A stretch of 63,154 bases of DNA, counting the filler, from Chiloscyllium plagiosum (lineage: Eukaryota): NCBI RefSeq assembly GCF_004010195.1. It is 3 parts of one record of this genome, joined end to end, with 100 filler letters (N's around TTAATTAATTAA, not from the genome) between each part and the next. Parts side by side here need not be neighbours in the genome. Positions count along the whole stretch, not along the records: positions 40,316 to 63,154 come from NC_057711.1; 2 more parts are not named here. One strand, 5' to 3'. The notes under the pieces are model-generated. The model made no database searches. It saw only the letters and a list, made by a program, of their open reading frames with translations, and had not been told where the DNA came from. This document shows, in pieces, positions 50,237 through 63,035 of this stretch (its first letter is position 1; the number at the start of each line of letters is the position of its first letter). Position numbers and translations under genes: made by a program.

Positions 50237-51725
50237 AGAAATAAGAACAAAAGAAATGGGACCAGGATAGGATATGCAGCCCCTCAAGTCCTGCCCTTAT
50301 GTCAGATAATGGCTGATCTGCCTCAGTCCTCAGCTCCTTGATGTTTCATAAATCCATTACCTCCTCTTCAAATACTTTCTGTGATCTAACTGCCAAAACT
50401 CTTTGGAGTAGAGAAAGACAGAAATAAATTTCTTTGCACCACAATTTTAAATGAAAAATACCCTTATTCTGCAACTATGACTCCTAATTCAAGATTCCCC
50501 TCATAGTGGAAAGCATCTTTTCAACATCTACCCTGTCAGGCCCCCTCAAATCTTGTATGCTTAAATTTATTACAGATGTTTATTACACAGTAAAGCCATA
50601 AAAATCTACACAAGACAATTTAAACATCTTAACATATACAGCAAAATTCAATCCTTCTCCCTGCAATATCCTTTACAGTTACTCAATCCCAGTGAAGTAC
50701 CACTGCTTTCCTCATTAGATTCTTATTTAGAACGTAAGAATTAAGAACCACAAGCAGGAGCAAGCAATTCAGCCCCTCCAGCCTGCTCCACCATTTAATA
50801 CATCATGGCTGATCTCAAATCAGCCTCATACTCACACTTCTCTGTCCACTCCCCATAAGCCTTTAACCCGTTACTAATTAAAAATCTTGCCTAGCTCCTC
50901 CTTAAATTTATTCGGTATCTCAACATCCACCACAATCTGAGGCAATGAATTCCACAGACTCATGACCGTTTAAGAGAAGTACTAAATCTGCCACTCCTCA
51001 ATCTAAAACTGTGACTACTCATTCTAGTTTACCTCAGAAGGGGAATCATCTACTTTGTTAATCCTTTTAGCATCTCATAACTGACCTCAATTAGACCTTC
51101 TCTCAGCTTTCTAAACTCTTACAATTATAGGCCTAAACTGCACAATCTCTCCTCATCAGATAAGCCATTCATTTTTAAAATTAATCTCGTGAACCTTCGC
51201 AGAACCATTTCCTTCCTTCAAACCCTCAAATCTGTCCACCCTTCAATAATGTCATGGTTATTTTACTTCAGGCCTCAACTGCTCTTTCAAGCCAGCTCCT
51301 CATCACCCTCAACTCCTCAATCAATACTGTACACAGTACTCTAGATGTAGTCTCACCAATGCCTTGTACAGTTACAACACTTCCCCACCTAAATCCTCCA
51401 TTCCTTTAGCAATAAGTGTCAAGCTTTCATTTGCCCTCCTTATTATTGCTGTACCTGTAAATTAGCTTTCTGTGACTCATGCACAACGTCAACCAGATTG
51501 TTCTGCACTGAAGTATCTTGATGTTTATCTCCATTTAGATAATAAGTTGCCTCTTCTTTCTTCTGGCCAAAATGAATAACTTCATTCTTATCCACATTAA
51601 ATGCCAACTGCCACATTTTAGCCCATTCACTTGACCTATCCATATCCATTTGTAAATTTCTTATTTTTTCATTGTAACTTACTTATTATAGTGGCTATTT
51701 AGAGGTTATTTAGTGCAAACTTGGC
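50237..51725 (-). mobile_element. Two decayed CR1 3' fragments
   Basis: ORF 51443-51649 EWAKMWQLAFNVDK.EVIHFG; CR1-type tails beginning ~50240 and ~50730. Confidence 0.75.
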
Positions 51726-54505
51726 GACAGTATATTCTATCCACGTCATTGCTGTCTCTTTCTAGCCTTTCTCTTCGGATTGCTGACACAAACAAAGACT
51801 TCTTTCCAGCTCTGATGGTCTCGATACTTTTCAATTCTGACAGCTTGCAGATTTCTGCCAATTCACTCAGTCTGGGGACTTCTATGAACTAAACTGCCCT
51901 TCTCCAAGCATAAATGCGTTTTTCTCAACTGAAACCTGATGTGGCCCTTTGCCTTGTCTTTCTGCACATCATAAAAGTTCAACTTTGTTAACAATTTATC
52001 AACTAACTCATCAGGTTGCTGATCAAGTAATTTAACTTAAGACGCATGCTTTCTTGGAAACAACATTAGAACTGTCTGTTCAAAATGGCTTTTCTGATCT
52101 TTGTTAAAAGAAACAAGTCACCTTCACAGAAATTAAAACTAAAATCATTTCCTCTGCTATCAAATCCAACTTCCCAAAATATAATAATACATTACAATCC
52201 TACAACAGAAAAAAAGAGAAACAGAGATTTTGTTTCAGGCTTATGATGCATCAGCAGAACTTTCAATGTTTTGTTGCAAGGTCATTAATCGGAAAACGTT
52301 GCTCCTTTTCTCTCTCCACAGAGGCTGCCAGACCTGCTGTATGCTTCCAGTGTTTTCTGTCTTTATCCACATTTTCTGCATTAGCAGGCTTTTACTTTTA
52401 TAATGGTCACTCGTGTCTAACAGTTTACCCTCTTGTCTATCTAATCAAATACTTTGGTCCCAACCTCAGAAGAGCAGCCATGCGACTCTGGTTGATTTGA
52501 GTACAGCCCCTTATGCTACCTTTCAAACTGCACAATTTGCTGATTGCATGACAATCATTTAGGGAATTGTTTTGATGGAATTACTGACCTCCTATTGTCC
52601 TAAAGCTGAATGAATGTATACAATTAAATCACAAAATCACCAGAGAATTATGCATCTCCTAAAATAGCTACTTCACTTGCACAGTAATTGCACCAGCAAG
52701 TGCCCCAGATTAGGGTACTGTGAGTTACCATTTAGCCAAATAAAAAGCACAGAAAACAAAATCAAGAAAATGTTAATACAAAAGGCTTATTGTGGGAAAA
52801 AAAGATTTTAAAAAAAAGGGTATGTGCTCAACTCTACAGCTAAGAAATAACCAGCAGATGGCAGTGTGTAAACACTTCACACACACACACGCACACAATA
52901 AAAATGCTCCCAGTATTTTGAATATATGATGTTATTCACAGGTTCACAATAGCAACTTGATTATTCCAGATTAAAAACTGTCAGTCAGCAAATGTCTAAA
53001 ATTCAAACTCCACTATTTAAGAACTAAATATAGTATTACATATTGTTATTACTGGAGGAATCTGTCACACTGAACAATTCAGACTGTTTCAGTTCCAAAT
53101 GAATGTGCATACTATCATTTTACATTATTTATTTATACAGTTGCCAGTATGTTACTGATTATTCCCATCAACACACCTTTGATCTGTGACAGAAAATTGG
53201 GTCAATAAGTAGGAATACTCCTACTCACCACCAATGACACTCCACAATCAGATCTCAGCAGTATAGTCATAATGATACAATAGCAGCAATTCCAAACTTC
53301 TCATCATCCTTTTACAAACTTCTGCCCTGCAGTGTGGACTACAAACTAGCTGTGGAGTTGCGAACTGATATTTCCTACAACCTAGGTATGTAAGACAAAA
53401 GCTCATTTGCAAAGACTATGTTGACACTACAACAGCAAGCCACAAAGGGAGTTCAAGGATAAGCAACACTGAAAACAATTTTTGATTCCAACATTTCGAA
53501 ATATAGGCGTTGATATCTCAGCAATACTTAAACATGCCCTTATTCAGGAGGATGTACTATAGTGTCTGGGTAATCCCAAATTGCAAACTTTGACCAAACC
53601 AAGTTTATAATCAAGGACTACACTAAGTGGTCAGAGGGAATTCTTCAGCACAATGAAATTAAAATGGAAGCCAATTTTGAGAACTTCAGCAATTATAACA
53701 ATATTTAATGATGCCTCTCAACATTTGAATACTGGATTCATCTCATTTTTGATTGAATTGTTTTATGAAGGAAACTGGTTGAACATGATTAAAGTGATCA
53801 GATGTCAATTGGATTGTCTGGGGAAGTGATCATCATAATTTTCTTGGACTTGTGCACCTGCAGAGGTCAGAAAGTGATTTCCTTTTCAAAATGACAATTC
53901 TAATGTGCCTGCCCCAACTATAGCTTAAGAAGAAATTATCAGATTGCCATTTGAGTATTGCCAATAGATGTCACATATTGTCTAAGTTTTTCATCTTGCA
54001 CTCATCAGGACAATTCATCAAAATAACAAATCAAGAGGGAAACAGCATACATTCTGTTTGACAGGAGTCTGTAGATTGGTTGGGAAGTGGACTCTGATTG
54101 GTGGAGGACTGGAAATGGAGAACACACAGGTTAGAAAATGACTGGCAGAAAGCTACTGAACTTTGTTTGGCATTCCCTAGTTAGCTATAGCAAATGGGTA
54201 CATTGATACTGACTGCATTGCTATGATTAAGCTTGGAAATATGTGGTGAATCAAAGGCAAGAGTCAAGGTCAAAGAGAAATGTATTAATCCAGGAAATGA
54301 CAAACAGACAGGATGGACAGCATGAATCTAAGAGTGGACCAACAGTTAAGACTAGAATTTACAAACTGAGTTAAAGTATCAAACGTTTTTAAAATCTGAA
54401 TGTGTGTAGCAACTAAAACAAAATAGATTAACCCTGAGCACAAACAGAAATGAATAAGTGCAATCTAACATTCCAGAGACACGGCCGCAGGGTGACAAGG
54501 ATTGT

Positions 54506-54939
54506 TGTGAGAAACAGAACTCATTCACAAATCAGCCTGAGACAAAGCCTTGGAAACAAGAACAATTTATTATGGCCTTGCAAGTACCGGACGCCTCTGC
54601 AATCAAGCAAAAATGCGCGCATAACAAAGCATGTAAACTTTCTTTGTTCAGTTTGCAAGTTGCTGAATCATGCCTCCCTTTTCTCATTGGTCTAATCTCA
54701 TCCTATCATAAGCCGGTTACCTCACCGGTTTTTTTTCTCTAGTTATTTTCTTATCTGGCCATCTTGCTGTCCTTGTATGTCTGCATTCTTTGTTCCTTGT
54801 TTGTTACAGCTTGTTCTTTTATCCAGTTTCTCTTATCATACTATAAGCTTTATTGTGAAATGCCCCTGCTGCTTCTTTTGTGGTCAGCTAAAACCTTTCA
54901 TAGTTATTTCCTAGCTTAAAACTATTTTCTTTAAAAGAC
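54506..54939 (-). repeat. ERV 3' LTR (abuts gap)
   Basis: About 10 differences by eye from 59522-59957. Confidence 0.93.
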
Positions 54940-55346
54940 NNNNNNNNNNNNNNNNNNNNNNNNNNNNNNNNNNNNNNNNNNNNNNNNNNNNNNNNNNNNN
55001 NNNNNNNNNNNNNNNNNNNNNNNNNNNNNNNNNNNNNNNNNNNNNNNNNNNNNNNNNNNNNNNNNNNNNNNNNNNNNNNNNNNNNNNNNNNNNNNNNNNN
55101 NNNNNNNNNNNNNNNNNNNNNNNNNNNNNNNNNNNNNNNNNNNNNNNNNNNNNNNNNNNNNNNNNNNNNNNNNNNNNNNNNNNNNNNNNNNNNNNNNNNN
55201 NNNNNNNNNNNNNNNNNNNNNNNNNNNNNNNNNNNNNNNNNNNNNNNNNNNNNNNNNNNNNNNNNNNNNNNNNNNNNNNNNNNNNNNNNNNNNNNNNNNN
55301 NNNNNNNNNNNNNNNNNNNNNNNNNNNNNNNNNNNNNNNNNNNNNN

Positions 55347-56035
55347 CTTCGGTTACTTTCCGGGTTACTCGCCTTCCTCCCTGTTTATTCCGAGGTATTT
55401 TTGGGGCTCTCTTTAACAGCCTCAAGTGGGGAATTATATAGGCGAGGTAGCAGCAGCCACTCCAGCCTTTCTGGCTTTGAGGCAGTGTTTGATCAACATC
55501 ATAACATGCATGCATTCCTATACATTCGGTCACGTGAATATATTTTTCCCTGGGAATAAATGGATAGGCCTTCAGGCCGCATACCCAATATGTTCCGTTT
55601 AATGGTCGTGGCAGTGGCTTGGCTGGTGTAGACACAAGATGATTTTCCTAATCGGAAGGGTGCGGTATCATTCTGATTACAGAAACAAGTGGTATTTACT
55701 GCTCCTTTCAGGGGGAAACTCTAAGGCCATCGATAGCACCCAGAGTTTTCGGGGCTGGTCGAGGGAACCATCCCGCAAAGTTATAATTACCCCTGTCAGA
55801 TCTCCATTTTGTATTGTTTGAGCCAGAGTCAAATTGTTATACATCGTACACTTCTCTTTTGGTAAGTGAGAGGAATTCCGGATTCCCCATGGTGTGGGAT
55901 CTCAGTACATACCCAACAGTCGGTATGCCCCTTTAGTTTAGCATAATTCTGACATAAAGCGGTAAAATGATTTTTCCCATCCCCCTTGGCAGCTAGCACC
56001 AATATTATCGTGACAATATAAAGCTGACCACTCAT
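55347..56035 (-). pseudogene. ERV env SU (frameshifted; TM in gap)
   Basis: Signal peptide MSGQLYIVTIILVLAA, CWVC motif, NGTYWVCG, WSGCCYLAY, furin-type site RVTR. Confidence 0.85.
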
Positions 56036-56239
56036 TTCAGCTCACAACCCTATCTGTCTATTCCCTAACCCTTTGTATGCCAGGGAGGAGTGAATCCATG
56101 CAACACTTACAATTGTTTTGGGATACAGTTTTTTTAACCAATACTTAATAGTCTCTTATCTCAGTCCATTCTTTTTGCTCAGCTTGACTTTCATAGGGTT
56201 GTCTGCAGGATGAGCTTGCCACTCTGCCGAAGGGGAAGG

Positions 56240-56772
56240 AATGTCCACGGGGCCCTCAACATAAGTGTGATGACTTCACCCTTTTCAAGCAGTTCGGACG
56301 GCTGATTCAGTAGTCAGGAGGGTTAGGAACGGTCCCTCCCAGCTTGGTATCTTTCCAGGTCTTTATCAGCACCCAATCACCCAGTCGTATCCGATGTACT
56401 GCGAACTCAAGTGGCGGTGTCTGGGTCAACAGACCCTTCTTCCTAAGGACAGACAAAGAAGAACCGAGCACCACAATATAATTTTTTTAAGAACTTATCA
56501 CTGAGCTCTACAGTTGGTAATTGTCCTGTCACTTCCTCATCATTTCCTCCAATTAGGGTTGGCTCAAAAATAGGCACCAAGAATTCTTCACCTTTTACTC
56601 CGGAAACCCTGAGATTCTTGTTAGTCAATTTAACACCAGTAGGTCGAAAACTTAGGGATGATCATGCCGCTCCCATGTCCACCAAAAATACTGCCTCCTC
56701 CCCTTCAGGTCCCACCTTTAGATTTATCAAGGGTTCCCGATGGGTCTCAGGAGGAAGGAACCCCTGACTCCC
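56240..56772 (-). pseudogene. ERV pro fused by deletion to integrase C-terminus
   Basis: EPLINLKVG..FLVDMGAA* (DTG decayed), then after ~56520 QTPPLEFAVH..GDWVLIKTWK..LLTTESAVR. Confidence 0.85.
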
Positions 56773-58281
56773 CTAATCTTCATCTAAGGTCATTAGGGAA
56801 ACAGTTTCCCTTTCTCATGCTAATCCCGGACATTTCCGTTTAAAATGCCCCACTTTTCCACAATAGTAATAGCCTGCCTGTTGCCTCCTTCCCCGGGTGT
56901 CCGACCTTTGTCTTTCGTGTCCTCCCCTATTCTTCCTGTTATCCCATGATCCCAGTCTCCTTTTTGTTATTTCTTCTACTGCCGCCACCATCATTTTGGC
57001 TTTCTGTTTCTGCTTCTCGTCTTCCCTTACACTTTCTGTGCCTCACATAACAGTTCTTCCATCTGTCTTTCACTCCATCCATCTAATTTCTGTAATTTTT
57101 TTTGTATGTCCGGCCATGATTTAGTCACAAACTGGACTTTTAAGAATCCCTGAGCTACCGGATCATCGGGATCCATTCCAGAATATTTCCTTGTGCCCTC
57201 CTTGAGCCTTGAAGAAATATAGAAGGGGTTTCATCCTTCTCTTGTCGTACTTCGAAAGCCTTAACAAAGTTTTGTGATCTAGGTGCCGCCTCTTTAATTC
57301 CTAATATTCCCATTTCTCGTAGATCCCGCATTGACTCCCTACCTTCTCTGTCATTATTTTCCCAAATGAGGATCAACATTTGGGAATTTCTGTTCTGCTG
57401 GGACCCCTTCTGCCCCAACTGGGTGCTTCTTTTCCCATTCCTGTAAAGCTGCTCTCCTAATCATACCTCGTTCTTCCCCTGAAAATAATGTTCCTAAAAT
57501 TGCCATCAGTTCTCCCCAGGTATATAAATTAGGCCCTAGGAATTGATCTAATTGTTCGGCTAGTCCAAACGGATCCTCTATTAAACTTTTCATTTCCTTT
57601 TTAAAGACCCTAACTTCACTGCTAATTAAGGGAGCATTTACATATCTGATTGTACCTTCCCCAATCGGAACCTCTCGTAAGGGACATAATTTTATATTTT
57701 CCATTAAGTCTGCCCCTCCTTTACGTATGGTGGCTCGAGTGATTCTGAGCCCCCTAGGTTCTGCATTTTTTAGTTCAGAGTCCGTTCCCCTTTTTGTGTC
57801 TGGACTCGGTTCTACTTCGGGAGTTGTAGGCTCGTTCCGGGGAGTAGTATATGAAGGCGGCAAACACGTTAAGGGATCCCACTGTGGCTTTCCTTGTTCA
57901 TTCTTTTTCTGTTCTTTCCCTGATTCCTCCGTATTCATGGGACATAATTTTACTCCCACACCCTCTATCCAGCAAGCCGCATATTCTGATTCTTCTTGAC
58001 TATATGTTTCTTTCCGATTGACGTATATATTTAGATCTTGGCACAGCCAATCTTCATCGGACCCATATTTGGGCCAAAAAAAACCCAGACTCCTTAATGC
58101 TTTCTCGAATCCAGACAAAATAACAATAGTTTATCATTATAGCCTTATCTTTCCCTCGCGTCCGGGAGTTGTGTACCCAATTTCCCAACGTTTTCCCCAA
58201 AGGACTGTCGGACGGAATATATTCCCCTTTAACGTTATTTACAGATCGATCGTTACCCAGGCAACTCCCCGTGCCTCCCAT
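56773..58281 (-). pseudogene. ERV gag (frameshifted)
   Basis: MGGTGS start, IPSDSPLG, WPKYGS, PPSY late domain, capsid LDQFLGPNLYTWGEL, decayed CCHC (YYCGKVGHFKRKCP), TAG at 56773-56775. Confidence 0.9.
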
Positions 58282-58579
58282 TTTTGCTAATTTAATTAAT
58301 CTCAACAAGGTCCAGTGTCACCTTCTTCCACACCCCCTTCAGGGTCCTGACTAGACACCTTATTCGTCCGATTAATCTGACCAATTATATGCTTTTTGAG
58401 ACTTCAACTGTTCTCCATAAATCACTTTTATGTAAGGATAAAAGAGATTAGTTAGAAACTGATAGTAAGGCAGTCATGACCTGTAAAAAGAACAGGAGTT
58501 AACACTTTATTTCATTATCTGTAAAATCCTTAACGTTAAGAGAAATCATGTTAAAATTTCCATAGTAGAAATCAGATTC

Positions 58580-59032
58580 AAAACAGTCCCGGATCTCAAG
58601 CTCCAGGGAACAAAGCAGAAACATTCAATCACCAACAAACAAATGTGCATTCAAACCAAATCACACCGGGTTAAACTTTCTAGTTGCTGTACAGCTCTTT
58701 CTCTCTCTCACACACACATAGACACCGTGTCTCACAGACACTTTGAGCTTTCCGCAACGACTCCTCTAGCTTTTGAATATTCATCTGGACGTCTGGTCAT
58801 AAAAAACAGTCCCGGATCTCAGGCTCCAGGGAACAAAGCACAAACATTCAATCACCAACAAACAAATGTGCATTCAAACCGAATCACAAAGGGTTAAACT
58901 TTCTACTAGCTGTACAGCTCTTTCTCTCTCTCTCTCACACACACACAGACACACAAACACCGTATCTCACAGACACTTTGAACTTCCCGCAACAACTCCT
59001 CTAGCTTTTGAATATTTTTCTGGACGTCTGGC
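58580..59032. repeat. ~223-bp direct duplication in ERV leader
   Basis: AAAACAGTCCCGGATCTCA..CTGGACGTCTGG at ~58580-58797 and ~58803-59032. Confidence 0.88.
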
Positions 59033-59499
59033 CATAAGTTAGTTACGAAGTGCACCCTCAGTAGCCTTTCAGCTACTAGCCCTTCTGACACGGGCTATTT
59101 TCCATTGACATATGCTTTATTTTATATATCGCCAATTCCCCGTACTTTCCGTACATCCCAACCACCAAGGCAATACTTAAAGGTCTCTTTTCTTACCTTG
59201 ATCTATGCACAGAGTTACCTGGTTGTTTCAGTGCGCCCCGCCCGCGGCAATTCCTGTAGCAAATACCACTGCCCCCAGTCGCCCGGATATATCCTTTAAG
59301 ACCTTTCCCTACCCAGGTCTTGTGCACAAGAGTTGCCCGACCGAACCCGCCGCGTCTGCCCGCCTTGTTTCCAGGGTCTCCCAGTCCGGATCGTACTCGC
59401 ACAAACCGCGAATGGCAAACAAGGGAGTTGGAGATCGCCGAAATCGGCGAAGTGCACCTTCTCCGTCGTCCCAAGAGTGTCGAGCAGTAGGAGTTTTGG

Positions 59500-59519
59500 A
59501 TCCTGGAACGAGGCCCCCA
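59500..59519 (-). promoter_or_regulatory. Primer binding site, tRNA-Pro-like
   Basis: Minus strand TGGGGGCCTCGTTCCAGGAT next to the LTR; compare TGGGGGCTCGTCCGGGAT. Confidence 0.8.
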
Positions 59520-59521
59520 AT

Positions 59522-59957
59522 TGTGAGAAACAGAACTCACTCACAAATCAGCCTGAGACAAAGCCTTGGAAACAAGAACAATTTATTACGGCCTTGCAAG
59601 TTCCGGACGCCTCTGCAATCAAGCAAAAATGCGCACGTAACAAAGCATGTAAACTTTCTTTGTTCAGTTTGCAAGTTGCTGAATCATGCCTCCCTTTTCT
59701 CATTGGTCTAATCTCATCCTATCATAAGCCGGTTACCTCACCGTTTTTTTTTTCTCTAGTTATTTTCTTATCTGGCCATCCTGCTGTCCTTGTATGTCTG
59801 CATTCTTTGTTCCTTGTTTGTTACAGCTTGTTCTTTTATCCAGTTTCTCTTATCATACTATAAGCTTTATTGTGAAATGCCCCTGCTGCTTCTTTTGTGG
59901 TCAGCTAAAACCCTTCATAGTTATTTCCTAGCTTAAAACTATTTTCTTTGAAAGACA
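59522..59957 (-). repeat. ERV 5' LTR
   Basis: TG...CA termini; adjacent PBS. Confidence 0.93.
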
Positions 59958-60234
59958 CTCTATATCCATTAAAGTCTTAGCCTTAAGTATGCTACATGCT
60001 ACAAGAATTCTGCGACTGTTTGTATAATGCCCCACCCCTGCAACACCCCACACCCCCACCTGCAGAAACTACATTTATAACCTCCCACAGGACCTGAATC
60101 TTGAACAAAGTAGGATTGACAGGAAGCTAGGAACAATTGGAGAGGTTATTCTGGTCGGTAATGGTGGTATTAGCACTATAGAGAGGGAAAACCTAAGTTC
60201 AGGAAACCAAGATGCGGTGACAGTCTTGGATAGA

Positions 60235-61020
60235 GTTTGGGAGAAGATTTGTAGCTCGGGTGCTCGTTGTTGTGGTTCTGTTCGCCGAGCTGGGAATTTG
60301 TGTTGCAGACATTTCTTCCTCTGTCTAGGTGACATCCTCAGGGCTTGGGAGCCTCCTGTGAAGCGCTTCTGTGATCTTTCCTCCGGCATTTATAGTGATT
60401 TGTATCTGCCGCTTCCTGTTGTCAGTTCCAGCTGTCCGTTGTAGTGGCCGGTATATTGGGTCCAGGTCGATGTGCTTATTGATTGAATCTGTGGATGAGT
60501 GCCANNNNNNNNNNNNNNNNNNNNNNNNNNNNNNNNNNNNNNNNNNNNNNNNNNNNNNNNNNNNNNNNNNNNNNNNNNNNNNNNNNNNNNNNNNNNNNNN
60601 NNNNNNNNNTAGTGTTTTGTGCAGTCCTTGCATGGGACTTTGTACACTACATTGGTTTTGCTCATCCTGGGTATCGGGTCCTTCGTTCTGGTAAGTTGTT
60701 GTCTGAGAGTGGCTGTTGGTTTGTGTGCTGTTATGAGTCCTAATGGTCGCAGTAGTCTGGCTGTCAGTTCAGAAATGTTTTTGATGTATGGTAGTGTGGC
60801 TAGTCCTTTGGGTTGTGGCATGTCCTCATTCTGTTGTCTTTCCCTTAGGCAGCTGTTGATGAAATTCCGTTTTTGGCGAATACATTGTATAGGTGTTCTT
60901 CTTCCTCTTTTGCAGTTCTGGTGCACTGCAGTGTGTTGTGGCCCTTTTGAATAGTGTCTTGATGCAACTTCTTTTGTGTGTGTTGCAACACAAATTCCCA
61001 GCTCGGCGAACAGAACCACA
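60235..61020 (-). mobile_element. Penelope-like element with inverted terminal pLTR piece
   Basis: 15-bp TSD ACAGTCTTGGATAGA 60220-60234/61021-61035; TLPYIKNISE..VVYKVPCKDC; ~60982-61020 is the reverse complement of ~60268-60307. Confidence 0.92.
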
Positions 61021-61917
61021 ACAGTCTTGGATAGAAATGAGAAATGGTAAAGGCAAGAAGTCACTTACAAGAGTGGCATACAGGCCCCTTAAATGTAACT
61101 TCACAGGAGGGTGGACCGTGAAGAAATAAATAATGAGCATTTGTCAGAAAGACAAAATGACAATCAAGGGAGATTTTAATGTATTTAATAAGTGGAAAAA
61201 GCAGATAGGCAAACATAGCCATGATAAGGAGTTCACAGATTGTTTTTCAGGATAGTTTGTTCAAAATAGTACGTTCCCGAGCCAACGAGAAAGCATGCAG
61301 TACTACTATTGGTATTGCACAATGAGACAGGGTTAATGATCTCATAGTCAAGGTGCCCCGAGGTAACAGCAACCATAAGAAGTCTGATTTTTATATTCAG
61401 TTTAACAGAGAGAGGTTTGGCTCTGAGATTTATTTTAAATAAGAGCAATTATGAAGGCATACAAGCAGAACTGGTTAGTTAAGTCAAAGGATAGGTCAAA
61501 TGAGATGCAGAGGCAGATATTCAAAGGTATAGATCAAAATACACAGAATAGTTACATTGTACCAAGAAAGAAAATTCCAATTCCACTATTTGTGGTTAAC
61601 TAGAACAGCTAAAGATGGTGTCATAGTTAAAGAAAAAAAAGTTTATACTTGTGGAAAGACAGGTGGTAGGTCAGAAGCTTATACAGAATTAATTTAAAAA
61701 AGCAAATAATGACCAAAAATTAATATAGAAAAACGTTAAGAGTACAAGTGAAAACCAGTCAGATTTTTAAAAGACAATAAGAGTTTTCTAGAAACATTTA
61801 AAGAGTTAACAAAGTGAGTAATGGCCCTACAAAAAGGGAGACCGGTAAACTAATAACAGTTTATTAGTTATTAGTTTTATTAACAGAAAATAAGGGAATG
61901 GCAGATGAACTGAACAG

Positions 61918-62122
61918 ATTCTAGATTAGAGTGGTGCTGGAAAAGCACATCAGTTCAGGCATCTTTCCACCCTGCAGGCACTCTGCCTCTATTCCTGATG
62001 AGGGCGTTTGCCCGAAACATTGATTTTCCCGCTCCTCGGATGCTGCCTGACCTGCTGTGCTTTTCCAGCACCACTCTAATCTAGAATCTGGTTTCCAGCA
62101 TCTGCAGTCCTTGTTTTGACCT
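61918..62122 (+). mobile_element. Short Penelope pLTR insertion with inverted 5' piece and hammerhead motif
   Basis: TSD AGATGAA(C/T)TGAACAG 61903-61917/62123-62137; CTGATGAGGGCGTTTGCCCGAAAC ~61995-62018. Confidence 0.85.
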
Positions 62123-62250
62123 AGATGAATTGAACAGGTATTTTCATCAGCGTTCACTGTACACTAAGAACTTAACATCCCAGAAGTAGTTTGGTATGTC
62201 AGGAAATGGAAGGAATTCACATAAATTAGCACCAGATTATAATCCAGAGC

Positions 62251-62580
62251 TTGCACAGTGGCTAGCACTGCGGCCACACAGCACCAGGGATCCAGGTTCG
62301 ATTCCATCCTCAGGTGACAGTCTGTGTGGAGTTTGCACATTGTCCCTATGTCTGCATGGGTTTCCACCAGGTCCTCTGGTTTCCTCCCACAGTCCAAAGA
62401 CGTGCAAGTTGGTGGATTGGACATGCTAAATTGTCCATAGTGTTCAGAGATACATTAGCCATGGGAAATGCAGGGTTACAGCAATAGGGTGGGAGGATTG
62501 GTCTGGGTGGAATGCTATTTGGAGGTTCGGTGAAGGCTTATTGGCTGAAGGGCCTGTTTCCACACTGTAGGGATTCTATT
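62251..62580 (+). mobile_element. HE1-type SINE
   Basis: B-box GGTTCGATTCC, body and tail. Confidence 0.85.
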
Positions 62581-63035
62581 TGAAAAGTGATACTGGGTAA
62601 ATCATTGGAGTTGTGGGCTGACAAGTGCCCAGGCACTGTTGGACGTCATCTTAGGATCTTAAACATGTGGCCAGTGAGATCGCTACGAGAGTGGAGGATA
62701 TTGAATAGAACTCCTTTAAACAAAAAGAGAGAGAGACAAAAATCAGGAAACTACAAGCCAGTTAATTAAACATTATTGTGGGGAAAATGTTCAAAGCTAC
62801 TATTATAAGATATTATAGCAGTGTTTTTGCACAATTTCAAGATAACCAGACAAAGTTAACATGTTTTTGTGTAAGGGAAATTATGTTTGACCAACTCATT
62901 GCTTTCGAGATAAGGTACCACAATAAATGTTTCTGCAGAAAATAAAAAGCTATTCTGTAGGAGGTTGCATGCTGGCATGGATAGACGATTGGCTGTCTAA
63001 CAGGAAGAAGAACATTGGCATAAATGGATCTTCGA

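Larger units (their letters stand above)
54506..59957 (-). mobile_element. Class I (gamma/epsilon-like) endogenous retrovirus, pol largely deleted
   Basis: Two ~435-bp LTRs, tRNA-Pro PBS, gag, amber-readthrough pro, IN C-terminus, env. Confidence 0.93.
61036..63035 (+). mobile_element. Old decayed CR1 ORF2
   Basis: GDFN ~61168, ADKCPG ~62617, GNYKPV ~62746. Confidence 0.65.

Noticed and set aside
59193..59863. Overlapping 115-176 aa ORFs
   Set aside because: Lie in the ERV LTR/leader, no domain; no evidence of an accessory gene
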